NCBI GenBank assembly: GCA_000320545.1
Contig: ADNK01002424.1
Span: forward strand, 1-64,000
Source: Bigelowiella natans CCMP2755
Taxonomy: Eukaryota > Protista > Cercozoa
DNA length: 64,000 nucleotides
Direction of reading: 5' to 3'
The notes under the pieces were generated by a model. It did not search any database, was not told where the DNA came from, and was given only the letters and a program-made list of their open reading frames with translations. The position numbers were made by a program, and so were the translations under genes. Below, piece after piece: positions 26,185-41,200 of the stretch. Positions within the stretch are counted from its first letter, which is position 1. The number at the start of each line of letters is the position of its first letter.

Positions 26185-28360
26185 ATGTAACCTGCTTCTC
26201 ACGAAGATGGTGTTTTGTCTCCATAGCCTTGGGAACACAGATTGTTGATCAGCATCATCATCATCGTCATCATCATCATCTCTTCCACATTTTGAACATA
26301 TTCTACTAACACAACAACTACTGCTACTACTACTGCTACTACTGCTGGGTTATTATCAAATAATACCCATTTAAGGTAAGGTTGGTTACGAAAGATGTCT
26401 TTCAGTCGTCTCTGGTCATTCTTCCGTGAAGAAGGAGGAATGATACCACAAGCCAGCACCAATCCTTCAGTTGTAATTATCATCACAAAAATAAACATTC
26501 ACCAATCCTTTAGTTGTAGTTGTTTGTATGACACCCCCCGACCACCACCTCCGTTATCATCTTTGAGTCTTATAATTCAATATTAAAGGAAATCAAGAAA
26601 ATATAAGTAGTATTATTGAAGGACATGAACCAGTTGCACTATGTTGTGCTAAAAAGTAACGATTGTCAGTAAGAGTTCTTATCGCCATCATCATCATCAT
26701 CGCCATCATCGTCATCCTCATCATCATCGTCGTCGTTGTCATCATCAGCATCACCTGGCACTGAAAGAGCTTCACATATGTGATATCCGGCAAGAGTGTA
26801 GAGATTGTATACGATAACATCTAAGGTAGTTTGAAATGATGATGATGATGATGACGTATCCTGCGCCATATATCTGAATACAACACATGAATACGAAGAG
26901 AATAGGAAAATTAATGTAAGAAGAAGAAGAAGAAGAAGAAGAAGAGAAAGCGCTTGGAGAATAGAACCGATTTTGCATCTCCAATTCCCCCACTTATCAT
27001 TACCCTATTGCTCTTCATCTATCTAAGATGATCTACCCCTTCGTTTTTTCATATAAGATCTTCATCTCAGCAAGTGCATTTGATCTTGAGCAAGAATGAT
27101 GATGATCACGCTGCTGTAACACAATAAAAGTGAAGGAGGATGGGGTTGATAATATAGCAACGACATTCAAGAGTGCTAACAGGAGATTGGTGGACCTATA
27201 CTACTATTACTACTACGTTTACTACTACTACTACTACTACTACTACGACTACCTCATATTTGATTCGGTTGTCGCCTATCTTAGGATCATTCTTTACGGC
27301 ACAACTGCTGAATTTATCTTCAGATGAATTGCTAGAATGATATAAGATTGGGAAATCGACTAGATCTAAGATAACCTATAGAAGAGACAACAACACAGTA
27401 CTCTGTTACGTATCAGTACTCATTCAAATCAGTTAATGTTCACTTCTAGACCACCGTGGGCATATGGATAATGATGGTTCAATAAGGCCTTATCGTGCGC
27501 CAAGAACGTATTCCCACACACATATCTATAACTACCTGCTCTTTGCAATCTCGAAAGACTTTCTGTAATATCTTGGCGTGAGCCTTGTGTGTGATGAAAG
27601 CAACTCTCCCCCCTCCATATAGCAGCAGGTCTTCATCTCTTGAGACTGTTATTTCCGTTTCGTTGTCGTTATGGCTGCTGCTGCCTCCTTTTTCCGCTGT
27701 GGTTGTTCTCCTAATTCGCTTATTATTGCAGAAGGCGCGGATGATATTAGCGACAGGTAACACATCACCTGGAAATCATAATAAACAGGAATTGTATATG
27801 AGCACCAATCACTGTCAGCATTGGGCTAACAAAGAAGAAGAAGAAGAAGAAGAAGAAGAAGAAGAAGAAGAAATTATTAACCTCTGGACCCGAGACAAAT
27901 ACAGCATATGGATATCTTCATCGATTGAAGGAGTGGGAGTAGGTGAAAGGATGAGTGCTAGTGGTAGCTAAAATTGTATTTCTTCCGTTGTTGCAGCTAC
28001 AATTTCTCTTCCTCCCTCTCCATCTGTTTCGAAAGCGAGTAGTTCCGACGACGATGCTTGGAGTGCTCTCACTAGTTGCACATCGCCTAGCTTTAAGTCA
28101 TCTTTCCGATCATCAAACTATGTCGTACCACTTGAATGTCTTCCATTTTTTTTTCGATCTATTCCTGCGGTTTTTCCAACGACAAGGGCTTCAAGTTGAC
28201 GTATGAGGAAAGTGCAATGGAAATGCAATTATCATGAACACCGAGAACAGAACATACGTCGTAGAAAGGATGTCGCAGAGAAAAGATGCTGTGCAATCGT
28301 ATCATAAAGAAGTTGGTAATGAGATGGGTGGATCCATCCTCTTCTTGTGCCGACAACACA
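20170..28360 (-). CDS. Large hypothetical multi-exon protein (possibly helical-repeat; approximate)
   Basis: Many stop-free segments bounded by splice sites on the minus strand, separated by microsatellite introns (e.g. GWIHPSHYQLLYDTIAQHLFSATSFLRR; VLPVANIIRAFCNNK; IQIIVKPYDDVEHLQNVLTMACKSL; VFQMLQALLAKNTTRK). No family recognised; may be more than one gene. Confidence 0.5.
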
Positions 28361-29325
28361 ATGCCAACAACAATTAATGAAAACAATAATATAGCGAACA
28401 ATAATAATTAGCGACGACATGTTGTTGTTGTCGTAGTAGTGTCGTAGTAGTACGTAGTAGGTTCCCAGTACACACACACACACGTGTGTTATTACCTAAT
28501 GGGGGAAGACCTTTTCTCCTCCACACACCAACCGACGTCACCACATCTACTTCCCTGTCCTCTGTAGGAGGAGGAGGAGATGGAGCAATTGGTGCAACAG
28601 GTAAAACAATATGCATTTGTTTCTCCCATCACACTTCGAACGAAGGTGTTAACACTCCCTTTCCCCTCCCGCCCCCCTCCGCCGTACAAGCCACGCGACA
28701 ACTTCAATGTATACTTTTCTTTCAGGTTCGCACTGCGGTGGGGAATGATATCAGCGAGGAAGTTATCCATTTTTATCTACAGCAATCGGGATTTGATGTT
28801 TCCCAGGTTTGTTCTTTTGTTGGGCGATCTTTACCAATTCGATTCTAAGAAAGAAAAACTTTTTAATACTGGTGTTACTGAACATCAAAATCAATTCGCA
28901 GGCTGTATCATCATTCTTCGATGCTCAAAATGTAGAGGAAAAAGCTGCGCCCATTGGTAAGAATGAGTGCAAAGCTTTGGTTTCTAAGGTATGTAAAATA
29001 ACAGCTAATCGTGAATGATGTTCCTCCGCAATTACAGAGATGGTAGCGCTATGCTATTATGACGAGATGCATTATTATCTGCTTCTTCTTCTTCTTCTAT
29101 GGCATGATGTTATTCACATGACAAAAAGGTTCGGGAAATTCTAGGCAAAAGTGTGAGTGCCGAGCAAGCCAACTATTATCTTCGTAAGTCTTCCTACGAC
29201 CTTGAGGAAACAATTCAGATGTTCCTTCAAGCACAGCAGCATGAAAATGACGAAGCGGTGGTTCGAAAATCATCTTCGACGGTTAGTATCAGTCTCTGTG
29301 TGTGTCTCTCTCTGTCTCTCTCTCG

Positions 29326-29356
<31 letters not shown>

Positions 29357-30753
29357 TGCCTTTTTTGTGCGTGGTGAGAAAGATGAAAACAAGCTTTGAT
29401 GTTATCCAACACCAACACAAGATATGGTGGTTATGTTCATTAATGTAGCCTGTTGTTGTCATAAAGCGTCTATTAATTGGTTGTTTGCTCTTATTGTACT
29501 GAACAGAGGAAACGTCGCCGGAAAAGCAGCACGTCCTCTAGAAGAAAGTCCACATCATCATCATCATCATCTACAAAGCGACGACCAACTTCGAACGTTG
29601 TCTCCGCTACCTCTCGCCAACGCCCAACCTCTAGGGAGCAAATGGAAGAATTCGCGGACAAGGCTGAGGAGTCTGAGATAGATGTAAAGAAGATATCAGT
29701 GGTGGCTGCTGCTCCATCCTCATCGTCATCATCGTCATCATCATCAGCCCGAAGAAGAGGAGTAAAACCTGGTCGCAGAAAGAAAATAAACCAAAAGCAT
29801 ACGATGATGACGACTCCTCCAGCGAGTGATGCTAGAAGAAAGAAAGGAAAGGGGGGGAAGAGGAGAAAGAATGGTGTTGCTAGAAACCAGAGGAATGAGG
29901 AATACGACGAAGAATACGAAGAAGAAGAAGAAGAAGAAGAAGAAGGCAAAGAAGGAAGGTCATTCGAATCCATAGATGATGACAGGGAGAAAATCATTCA
30001 CAAACACTACAACTACTACAACGTAGCCATCAAAATTGCGAAAACTGCAGATAGAGACGCCGTATTTGCATGGATGGCGGAAAGATTTGAAGGAGAGCAG
30101 CTTGAATCAGCAGCAGCAGAATCATCTCCCACAAAGACAACGATGAATGATATGATGCTGCGGTTCAAAGTACGCATGCCCTTCACCAAGAAGGGGGGAG
30201 AGGATGGCGCTCAAACCATTCAAACAGTTATTGAGAGCAAGGTCAATTTTTTGTGGGAATAAGGATATGGTGGGGATGTGGTGATGCTCCTGTTAATAAC
30301 AACTCAGTGATGATGTTGATGCTGATGAAGATGAAGATTGATGATTATGATGATGATGAGATATCATTATATTATTATGCCTATGGTACCTCATCAAGTT
30401 CATCATCATCATCTCATTGTGACAATAATAAATACCTCAGCAAGCGGCTCTAGAAATCCTTTTCTTTTCTGTGGTAGCAGCCAGCTCCTCTTTGGCAGCT
30501 GCTAATGATGGTGATAGGGATGATGATGGTGGTGGTGGTGCTGGTGGTGCGATAGGCCTACACTATAAAGATGGTGCTCACGGTAGTAGTAGTAACAATA
30601 TCGTGAATAAGGAACAACCTCTACTACATCAAAGCAGCAGCAGAACAAGAGGAAGAGGCAGTCGCACAATAAGCCGCAAAATAAGAGTAAGGCAAGGAGA
30701 TGGCCATAGCCAAGAAGGAGGAGGAGAAGAGAGAGAAAAGGGAGAGGAGGGTG

Positions 30754-30788
<35 letters not shown>

Positions 30789-31186
30789 GACAATGGTTGT
30801 GATGTGAGTGATTTAGTGAAACAGATGAGCAACATGGTCGGACACCATGTGAATGCTGCTGTTCTCGAAGATCTTCTTTTGCAAGTACTACATCATTTGC
30901 TGTTGTTGTTATTGTTGTTGTGATTGTGTTGTCATAGAACTAATCTCAGAGTATCGTTGCCGCATGTTGGGTGATTTATTTGCAGCTACTTCTACGACGA
31001 TGACGATGAAGATGAAGATGATGATGATGCTACCTCACATTTGATGATTTGTTTGCTGCTGCTTCTACTACGATGATGATGATGATGAGAGCGTCAATGA
31101 AGAAAAAGAAGCTAAGCATCTTGCATTTATTAATTACAAACAGGCTGGTTATGATATAGAGGCTGCATTAAGCGCATACTATGAGG

Positions 31187-31219
<33 letters not shown>

Positions 31220-34200
31220 CGATCATAATGAGATGTTGGTTGTGATGATGTTGATTGTGATGATGATGATGATGATGGTGTTTTGGGTGGGAACAAGTTG
31301 TTATTTATATATCCATTTGAATGAGTGGGGGTATATCATCTTTAGAGCCAATTTTTAAACAATTATCCTAATCATCATCATTAGAAATAAGTTGCGAAGA
31401 AGAAAATGCTGGAAGCGACTACCAGCCGGAAACAAACAGTAGGAATAGAAAGTCAAAGATGAACCAGAAGAAGAAGAAGAAGAAAGAGACTAGGACAAAG
31501 AGGAAGAAGAAGAAGACGACGAAGGATGATCAGAATATCAACAGCCAACAAGACAATGATATAAGGAGCGTTGATAAGGAGGAGAAGGAGGATCAAGAGG
31601 AGAAGGGAAGTAGGCACCAAGAGCAAAAAGAAAAAGATGATGATGATGATGAAGGAACAACGGAAAGAGTAAAAATGGATAAAAGTTCCATATCTGCTTC
31701 TAATACTACTGCTACTACTACTACCACTACCACTACAGCTAGTGCAGAAAATATTAAGAAAAATGGGAGGAGGGGTAGGAGCAGGTCTTCTTCCTCCTCT
31801 TCCTCTTCTACTTCTCATTCGCAAGCAGTACTCCTTGATCGAGAAATTATGACTCGAGACATTCAAGATTTAGATCCTCAAGATTTCATCTTAGATGCTG
31901 AGGAAGAGGATAACTGGAAAAATAATCAACCGCAATCACCATCTCCTACTCCCTCTCAACCAGCTGTTGCTCAGAGAGGAGGAGGGGGGGGGGGAGAAGG
32001 AGGAGGAGAGAGTAGGTCTGGTGGTGGTGTACAGGAGACGAAGAAGAAGATGAAGCATGAGCAGCAGAGAGAGGGGGGTAAGGAGGCAGCAGTGAGTAAT
32101 GCAGACTCTAGTACTGTTGCTGCTTCTACTTGTATTACAAATAATACGTTCTCCTCATCATCTGCTATCACCACCCGTGCTGCTGCTACTCCTCCTCTCG
32201 TTACTACCACAACTAGCACGGTGCAGTATTTATCCTCTTCCTCCTCCTCCTCCTCTTCCTCCTCCTCCGTATCTTCATCTGAAGATATTGGTGATAATAG
32301 TATGAATGTCCCCAAGGGTGAAGAAGAAGGAAGGAAACGAAATATTGACCATTCATACGATTACGACAACGGCTCGAAGAATCATACTAGGAAATCACGT
32401 TCAGCAGTTGTAGATAGTGCTACTCCAAAGATCCACGCGTATGATTCATCATCATCATCATTAGCACCATATCAAGACCTCTTGTGCTTTCAATGCAGTA
32501 CGAATATTCAGGGAGAAATGACCGTTTGCATCAATCGAGCTCCTGATAAAGACACCAGAAAGGACGCGTAATGCTAATAACATAGCAGCACATAAAATAC
32601 AGATATGATCATTGCCATCATTAATCATCATCATTAGCATCCTCATCATCATCATTACCTGAATCATAATTCATACTTGACAGATACGGTCGTGATGGAA
32701 AGACAGCTGTGTGCCCCGAGCACTTAATACTTATTGGTAGGAAAATTGACTGTTGGAAGACAGCTGCAGCGACATCATCATCATCGTCATTAAAGAATAA
32801 AACAGAAGAGGAGGACGGAGAAGAAGAAGAACAAGATCAGAAGAAAAGGAAAATAACGAAAAAAGAAGGAGAAGGCAGCTCTAGCAACGATAATGTTATT
32901 AAAGACAAGGAGGATGATAATATTAGTAGTATTAGTAGTGCAATACTAGATCAAGAAATAAAAACCACAGACCGTGTTAATCATCATCATCATCGTGGTG
33001 GTTCTCTCCTCTCCCCTCAGAAGACTGCTATCACTACAAAAGGAGAACGAGGAAAACAACGACTACGAAGTGGACCATCATCATCATCATCAGATAGGAG
33101 CAGCAGCGCTGTTCCAAGAATTGCTTTGATTGGGATAAAAGCTGGGCAGTTATGCCGAAAACCAAGTGCAGGAGAATTTGAAGGCCTGGCACTTAGGGCT
33201 ATAGCACATGCTCCTCCCCTTATACACAAACGCCAGATGCAGCAAATTGCAGAAGCAATAGGAGGGGGGTCGGACTTGCAGGACGCTTGCAGCATCATTA
33301 ATCACGATGATCCTTCCACCGTCAAAGCACTCGTTGCATGGTATTTTAAGGATATACTAAACAAACCTCTAACTAACGGATCATTTGTAAGGGCATATAA
33401 GCAGGACATTGAGGCACTCCTAACAAAGACAAAGCATAAAACGCATATGATTCCTAATAGAACCAAAGGCTACGCAAATGGAAGAACTGAGGGCAGTTTA
33501 GCACCACATTGTGTGATGTGTCGTTGTAGTTACCAACACTCATCTCCGGTGTATTTTCCCTTTATCGTGGAAAGCATAGCACCTTGGATGCCTGAGGAAT
33601 GGGTAGGTAAAACCTTCAAGAGCGGTTGGGAATTACATCGTGCAATAGATCTATTGCCTATAAGGACAGGTCGCCCTCCTACGTGTTTTGCGGCTACATT
33701 TAGCATGGAAGTGATATCTCCTGATATGAATGATCTCTCTGAACATGAGATGAAAACACAACTCAAAGCAAGGGGTACTGAGGTTGCTGCTACAGTCACG
33801 GTGACGTATGATGATAACAATGGATGCTTAAGTGTACGAATTGGGAAAGGATTTCCTTATCCTTCTTCAGTACCAGGGTCAAGAATCCTACATTCTTCAT
33901 CTACAGATGATGATAATAAAAATAAGCAGCAGCACCAGCAGCTTGAATCCCCCTTTACATATCGTCGCCTCAAGGCTATGCATGTTAATCTCCCTGCTCC
34001 TGGGGCAATAATCGTCGGAACTAGAAACTTCCCCAACAACTCACCAACATCCAACCAATCATCATCATCATCATCTTTTCCTCCTGCAATTTGGGCCTCT
34101 CAATTGCAGAAATGCCTCCGTAGAGGCCCTGGGTGTGAATCAGCATTGCTAGAAGCTATAGATGGACTAGTCAATGCAAGGACGATTTATCGCCCAGAAT

Positions 34201-35380
34201 TACAATTTGCTGCCTGTAGCGGTACTCGGCAGCTTCTATGGCGTTTGTATGTGTGTGTGCTGGAAGATATTACTCTCTATCATCCATCAGATACCGTGAA
34301 GTACCTCACCATTCAAGAACTGGGAGCACTTGCGTTAATAGCACATTCAAATCATCAATTTCGACTGCCTAGACCTGTTTTAATGCGAGTACGACGAACA
34401 GCTCTAGCACTGCTACACCTCAATAAAACGTGGGGATGGAGGGAATTAGTCAAGGCAAGAGACCTCATAAGCCGTACTGAATTGGCTATTGAGAAGGAGG
34501 AGGAGAAAGAGTTGGAGGAGGGGGGTAGTAGCAGTAACCCCCCATCATCATCATCATCAGCAGCAGCAACGAGGATGATGATGATCTCATGTCGCAACAT
34601 GCAGCGATGTTTAATTAGGGCAATGCCGTGCATGGTAGGAGATCTTAAGTTACAACTTGCAGCTCTTACCAAAGAGGCGAAAGCAGCAGCATCAGCAGCT
34701 AATACGATGCTCTTGCCGATTATGAGACCAAAGGAAAACACTAATGGTAGTAGTAGTAAAGCTCGACAGAAAAAGAATGAGCTTGCACGTTATGCTGCTA
34801 CCGATTTTCACTGCTATCCTTGGATTACCCTTGAATTGCAAGCAAATTTACCTTTTGTACCCCAGTTGGGGGAGGAGGCAAATAGTGAGGATTACAGCAC
34901 AGTAAGTTTGACAAAGAAGATTTGGAACATGTCTTCCAAACTCAATTATCGTATCGATGGCTACCATAATATCATCGACGATGACGATACTGATCATTAC
35001 GATGATGATCATGAGAAAAGTGCTAATGCTGATGAGCGTTGTTTTAGTACAACTGCTAGTCGCGACAAAGCTCTCCTTAAAACGCTTAGAGAAATTCAAC
35101 GGCGATTAGTGTGTGCACGACGACACAGCAGCCGTATTTCAAGGGCAGCTACATGCAATCTTATTCAAGAAGGCGATCCTAAGTTTCCTCCCCCTCCTCC
35201 TTCTCACAATACTGGGATTAAGGAGTTAGAATTCCCTTCGGGTCCTTCACTTGCGGAATTCACTCCTTGTGAAAGCACAATATATTCCAACAGAGCTGCA
35301 TTTGTTGCATTGTTTGGCAGACGAATGATCATCAATGATGATAATGATGATGCTGATAGTAATGATAATGGTGGTAGCAA

Positions 35381-35413
<33 letters not shown>

Positions 35414-36346
35414 GCCAATAGCTGCTGTAGTTGCGGGTGGAAATGCTGCAGATCCTGTAAAAATTCAAAAAGGCCTTTCAAACAAGACTCAAGATGGACC
35501 TAATCCATACAGATACTTAGAGGGAAAGGAGCTGCAAAAAGGGATTGTACGATATATCAACAAAATGAAGAATGGTATTGAGCTTCCATGTGCTCCTGCC
35601 CCCCTTGGCCAACGATGGATTTGGGATATTGATGAGACTACGACTAAAACAGCAGTAGGAGAAGGAGGAAACAAACTATTACCAGGGAAAAGGAGGAGGA
35701 GGAGGCAAAGTATGGTGCTACCGAGGAATAAGGCGAAAGAAGCGCAAAATAAGGGTGGGAGGGGGAGAGGAGGACGGAATAAAGCATATTCTGTAAGAAT
35801 TAGTGTAGAATTTGAAGATGAGAAGAACATGAAGCAATCTCATCAGTCTCCCCGTATTAGTACCAGTACCAGGAGCAGCAGCAGCAGTACAGACATTCCT
35901 CCCTCTCCTCCTTCTCATCCTTCTCTTTGTTTTAAAGTCCAGGGGAAATCCATCAACGCATATGATGCTTCTTCAGTGTTAAGGCCTACTCCTTCTGTGC
36001 CTGTTGTAAGGATGAAAGCCTGGCTAGTAGACCTCATTGAATACGCCGCATATTGTGGTAAAGAAGCTCATGGAAAAGGAGCAGGAGGAGGAGAATCTGC
36101 GAAGTCTTACAGCAGCATCACACTTCCTCCTATACCAGCCACGGTTAGAAACCTGTTTGGAAAGCGACCACCTCTCGAGTTATTAGCAGTAGCATATAAC
36201 TATATGAGGACAGAATGGGCAATTAAAGTCACAAAACGACACGGAGGCAATGTCCCAGTAAGTATTTCTACTAGTAGTAACTACTACTACTCAAAAGAAG
36301 AAGAGAATAACAACACAATAAGATCAAGTTAGGTTGAGGAATATTA

Positions 36347-36419
<73 letters not shown>

Positions 36420-37631
36420 AAATGCTACGGATGATGATGATGATAATGATGATACTGGGTTGAGGAATATATACATAATGCTACATTCGATGATGATGAT
36501 GATTATTATAATGATGATGATGATACTTACATACATAGAGCGGTAGTATTTACTCTATTCGTCTTTTACATACATACAGCTGCAGTATTTGTTTCCACCT
36601 CCCCCGAACTCTTATGCATCATCCTTCTTCGCATTTGTTATCTTGTTTCTTTTAGGTTTTTGTTTGGTATTTGTCTGCCCGGTCTTCAAAGCTTTCACGT
36701 ACAGTATGGAGAGATCTTCTCACTAAGATTTCCACCAGAGAGGCTCAGTACTGTGATATAGCACCTGTTGGGAGGGACGGCAAGCGACAAACGAAAATAG
36801 CCGTTAGATATAGGTATTATTAATAATGATGATAATGATGATGATAATGATGATGATATTAGTGTAGTAATAGTTATGATAATAATAATTATAATAATAA
36901 TAATAATAAGGATGAAGAAGGCGACGATAAACAGCAGTAATGCTGGTGATTTGCTGATGAAAATGTGGATTCATAAATCATCTTAGCCAAATATACACGA
37001 CTACTCGCAACTGTTGTTATTGCCCTATATTAGTCATTATTTGGTTTGTCCCTCCTCCTCCTCCTCCTCCTCCTCCTCCTCCTCTCTTTTCTTATTGTTG
37101 TTGTTGTTCTTCTTCTTCTGTTTCTTCTTCTTCTTCTTCTTTTTGATAGAACTGAGGGAACGATGCTAAGATTGTTATATATGTTGGCTGTTCTATATCC
37201 CACGGTTTTGAGACCGCAAGGAAGGCTACGATTTCATGTTAATTCGACAGAAAGCCATTATGTGCATATGATTCAGGTTCTTGCACTACTTCAACTATCT
37301 ATCTTTCAAAACAACAACAATAACAACAACAACAACAAATGATGATGATGATGATGATGAATAATCACGACGTATAGATGCGTGTTTGTTTGTCGTTTGT
37401 GCGATCGTTGCATATTTTGAGAGAAAGTAGTAATAGTAATAGTAGTAGTAGTAGTAGTAGTAGTAGTAAAAAAGATAAGAAGAAGAAGAGAAGTAGCAAA
37501 GAACAGCCTACTACTCAGAATCATAATCAAGCAAACCAATATACTACTACTACTACTACTACAAAATGCAGTGATGATGAGACTGTGGTGATAACTTGAA
37601 GAATGAGCTGATAAATGCTAAGATATCCACT

Positions 37632-37667
<36 letters not shown>

Positions 37668-37985
37668 GTTGTTGTAGACTCTTAAACATCTTGCCTTCAA
37701 GCAGCAGCCCTCCTCCTCCGTCTCTTCAAACAAACATCTTGGGAATAGAAAAAGAAAGATTCACCATATGGCAAATGGAAATAGAAGTAGTAGTAGTAGT
37801 AGTAGGGAATCGACGTTCAAAGGAAAGATAAAAACGGCACTATGGCCTCACCAACAGGCAACTGCACAACGTGTTGTAGATGGAGTCAAACAAGGTAATA
37901 ATAAAAGAATAAAAATAATAATATCAATTTGTGATCAACTGCTACCACTACTACTACTTGTTATTATTATCATTATTATTAACAC

Positions 37986-38019
<34 letters not shown>

Positions 38020-38209
38020 TAGAAAAGAGAACAATTATTCAAAAGTAAGTCGAGTTAGTAGCAGTAGTAATAGTGGTAGTAGATGAGGGTAGGAAGGAAG
38101 AGAGTATCAAGAGATATAAAAATACGTGCAGTTATATGTAGAAGTAGTAGTAGTAGCAGTATTTGTAGTAGTAGTTGTAGTAGTATCATTATAGCGAGAA
38201 GACATGTGG

Positions 38210-38256
<47 letters not shown>

Positions 38257-39205
38257 CTAATCAATCACTAAAACTAACTCAATCTTGTAATATATATCAA
38301 CTAACCAATTACTAAAACTAACTCAATTTTCTCTCAATCACTCTCTCCCTTTCTCTCTTTGTCTTTAAACTTAGTTCATTTATATCTGCCTCCTCTCTCC
38401 TCCCTCCCCTCTTCCTTTCCTCCCCCTCCTCCTCCTACTCCTTTTTCCTTTCTCGGATGTAGTTGTTAGCTTGATTGATTGATTGATTGATGAAATCTCT
38501 TTGGTTTGACAGGGAGGAAGGGATTTGCAGATGCTAGTGCTGTTGGAGCGGGGAAAACCCTTGGGGCAATAGCAACAATGGTACTAATGCAATGTATTGT
38601 AGTGTATTCGTGGTCATTCTGCTTCTTCTACATGTTAATGTTGTATCTCTCTCTCTCTTGTTCCTCTTAATTACTTAATTTCTAAGGTCAAAGTTGCATC
38701 GTACAAGAATGATGAGCAAGGACAACCATTACACGGCTTTTTAGTGCTGTTACCTAATAAGCGTCTCATTGACGAGTGGAAAAGCCAAATAGAAAAACAC
38801 ACGATTGGTTTTAAGATCATAATTCAGCAATCAAATGGAAAGCTACTTGTTCCTACAACAACCACAACAACAAAGGATGCAAATACCAACAACAAGAGGA
38901 GAAAACAAAATGGAGAAGGACAAGTAAGAGGAGGAGGAGGAGGAGGAAGAGCTCTCGAGAATTGCAACGATGAAGAAGTAAGTAAGGAATTAGGCACATT
39001 ATCAACTTGGAGAGGCAGTTTATACCATCCAGCTCTATCATAATTTAATGATGATGATATTGAATACTACGATTGATGGAATTATGATAGATGAGAATAG
39101 TAATGATTAGAAAATAACTCTTCTTTGCCATAGCTGCTGCAGTTTTTATTGTCCATTATCCGTACCAAGTTACACATACAGTACATATTTAGATATTATA
39201 TATAT

Positions 39206-39246
<41 letters not shown>

Positions 39247-39261
39247 TATTCTCTTCTTACT

Positions 39262-39301
<40 letters not shown>

Positions 39302-40305
39302 TCTCTTTCTCTCCCCAAATCTGGTTGGTACATTCCTATAATCTAATCCCTCCTCCCAACCTTTTTATCAGTTGAAATCGGAAGGGGGAGAAGGAAGAGG
39401 TGGTGTGCGAAGTATAATAAGGCATAACAACACGATTGAGCAGAATTCCATCGTTCTTACTACCCTTAGCCGTGCAAGAGATCATCCTTTTAGTCGTAGA
39501 TGGACGTTTGTTGCTATCGATGAGTGTACGTCTGTTCAAAACGAGAATGCTCTCCAAACTGCTGAGGTATTAGATAAATGGTAGATTAGGAGTAGTAAGT
39601 AAGTAGTTCCTATGCTGTTCTCGTAACATAGTCATCAATGGAATCATGAGCTACAATAATGATAATAATCATAATAATAATAATAATGCCTAAGTTGTAT
39701 TCAATGGGAGAGTAGGGATAATGATGATGGTGGCGGTGCAGCACGTTCTCTTTGCCTTCTTATTGCAACACCATACACAAATATATGATTTTATTGAATA
39801 ATCTCTAAAATCATGATAATCATGTTCTCTGAGAGGTTAATATATAATATATATTTAGGAAAACCTTGATAATGATGGAAATTATTTTAATACTAGTACT
39901 GAATATGAGAGACAACCAACATGAAACAACTGATGATATATTTATAATTTATGGTGTTTCCTCGTTGGTCGTTATTGGGGCTATCCCTCCCTCCTCCTCC
40001 TCCTCCTACAACAACAACAACAACAACAACGATAATTAAATGATAGGCATGGAGACAGGCAGTCTCCTCGGATTGTGGTGTTCTTATGCTTAGTGCGACG
40101 TTTTTCCGGGCACGATTCTCCAAGCTGTTCTACATGATTAGAATGCTTCAGTCGCCCATTCCTCGGTCTCTTCCTTATCTCAATGCTCTTCTTGCAGAAC
40201 ATATCATCTGTCACGTACCAGAGGTACCACTACTTACCAACTAATCAACTAACTAACTAACTAACAAAGTAAGTAAATAAGTAGCTTTTATTAATTCTCT
40301 CTTTC

Positions 40306-40341
<36 letters not shown>

Positions 40342-41200
40342 TCTACAATTGCTTCTTCTTCTTCTTGTTATAACTATGGGGTGTGCATATTACTCCTATC
40401 TACTCCTACTTCTACTACTATTTCTACTACTACTTCTACTACTCTTACTACTACTTCTGCCATCGATCATTTTAAGGTGCGACGTGAATGGGATGTGTCG
40501 TATGTTCCTATCAAGCTACTAGAGCCTCTCCGCTCGCGTTACGATAAGATATGTAACCGCCGAAACACCGAAGATAAGAAGGTGTGTAAGCAAGCAGTAC
40601 GTGTTTATTCATCAGAGGGAGAGGGGGAGGGGGATGGGGATCACGGTGAAATGAGGATGGTTTAATGATGACCTTTTTCCTTTCCTTCTCCAAATCCTGT
40701 TCTTGTTTCTTCTTCTTCATCTTACACTTGTCGCATACTTGTCGCAGGTAATATACGGTCGTCTAAAACAGCTTCTACACAAGGAGTTCAACGCAACATT
40801 GGCGCTCAGGGAAAACGCTGAGGACCTGGTTATCAATCACCATCGGCGGCCATTGATATTTACCAACAGCATCAGTGAGAAGAATAAGCTCAAGAAAGAA
40901 TGGGGATCCTCAAAGCCAAAATGTGTACGAATTATGACAAAACATGAAGGCGCACACGGCATAAACATGCAATTTGAGTGTGATGCTATCGTCACCCGTC
41001 CTCACCCTGGAGATATTATGGAACAGGTAATAAATTGATAATCGCACCACCCACCTGTGTTTTGATAATAATAATAATAATGATAATGATTACAATAATA
41101 TTGTTGATCATAATGGAGTCGCAGGATCAAAAGTTGTAAAATAATTAGTAACTACTTTATTTTCTTCTTGGGCAATGAATCTTCCCCTTGTTCTTCTTGG
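20300..41200. repeat. Dense microsatellite field ((TAG)n, (CAT)n, (GAA)n, (AT)n, (GA)n, (CA)n) in introns and exons; similar fields at 1-2000, 5270-6440, 12820-14010 and 51600-53700
   Basis: Directly visible tri- and dinucleotide runs in almost every intron, and homopeptide runs in exons. Confidence 0.97.

Noticed and set aside
28492-28770. Minus-strand ORF MDNFLADIIPHRS...
   Set aside because: It overlaps the plus-strand UBA-like exons of the helicase gene, which are better supported.
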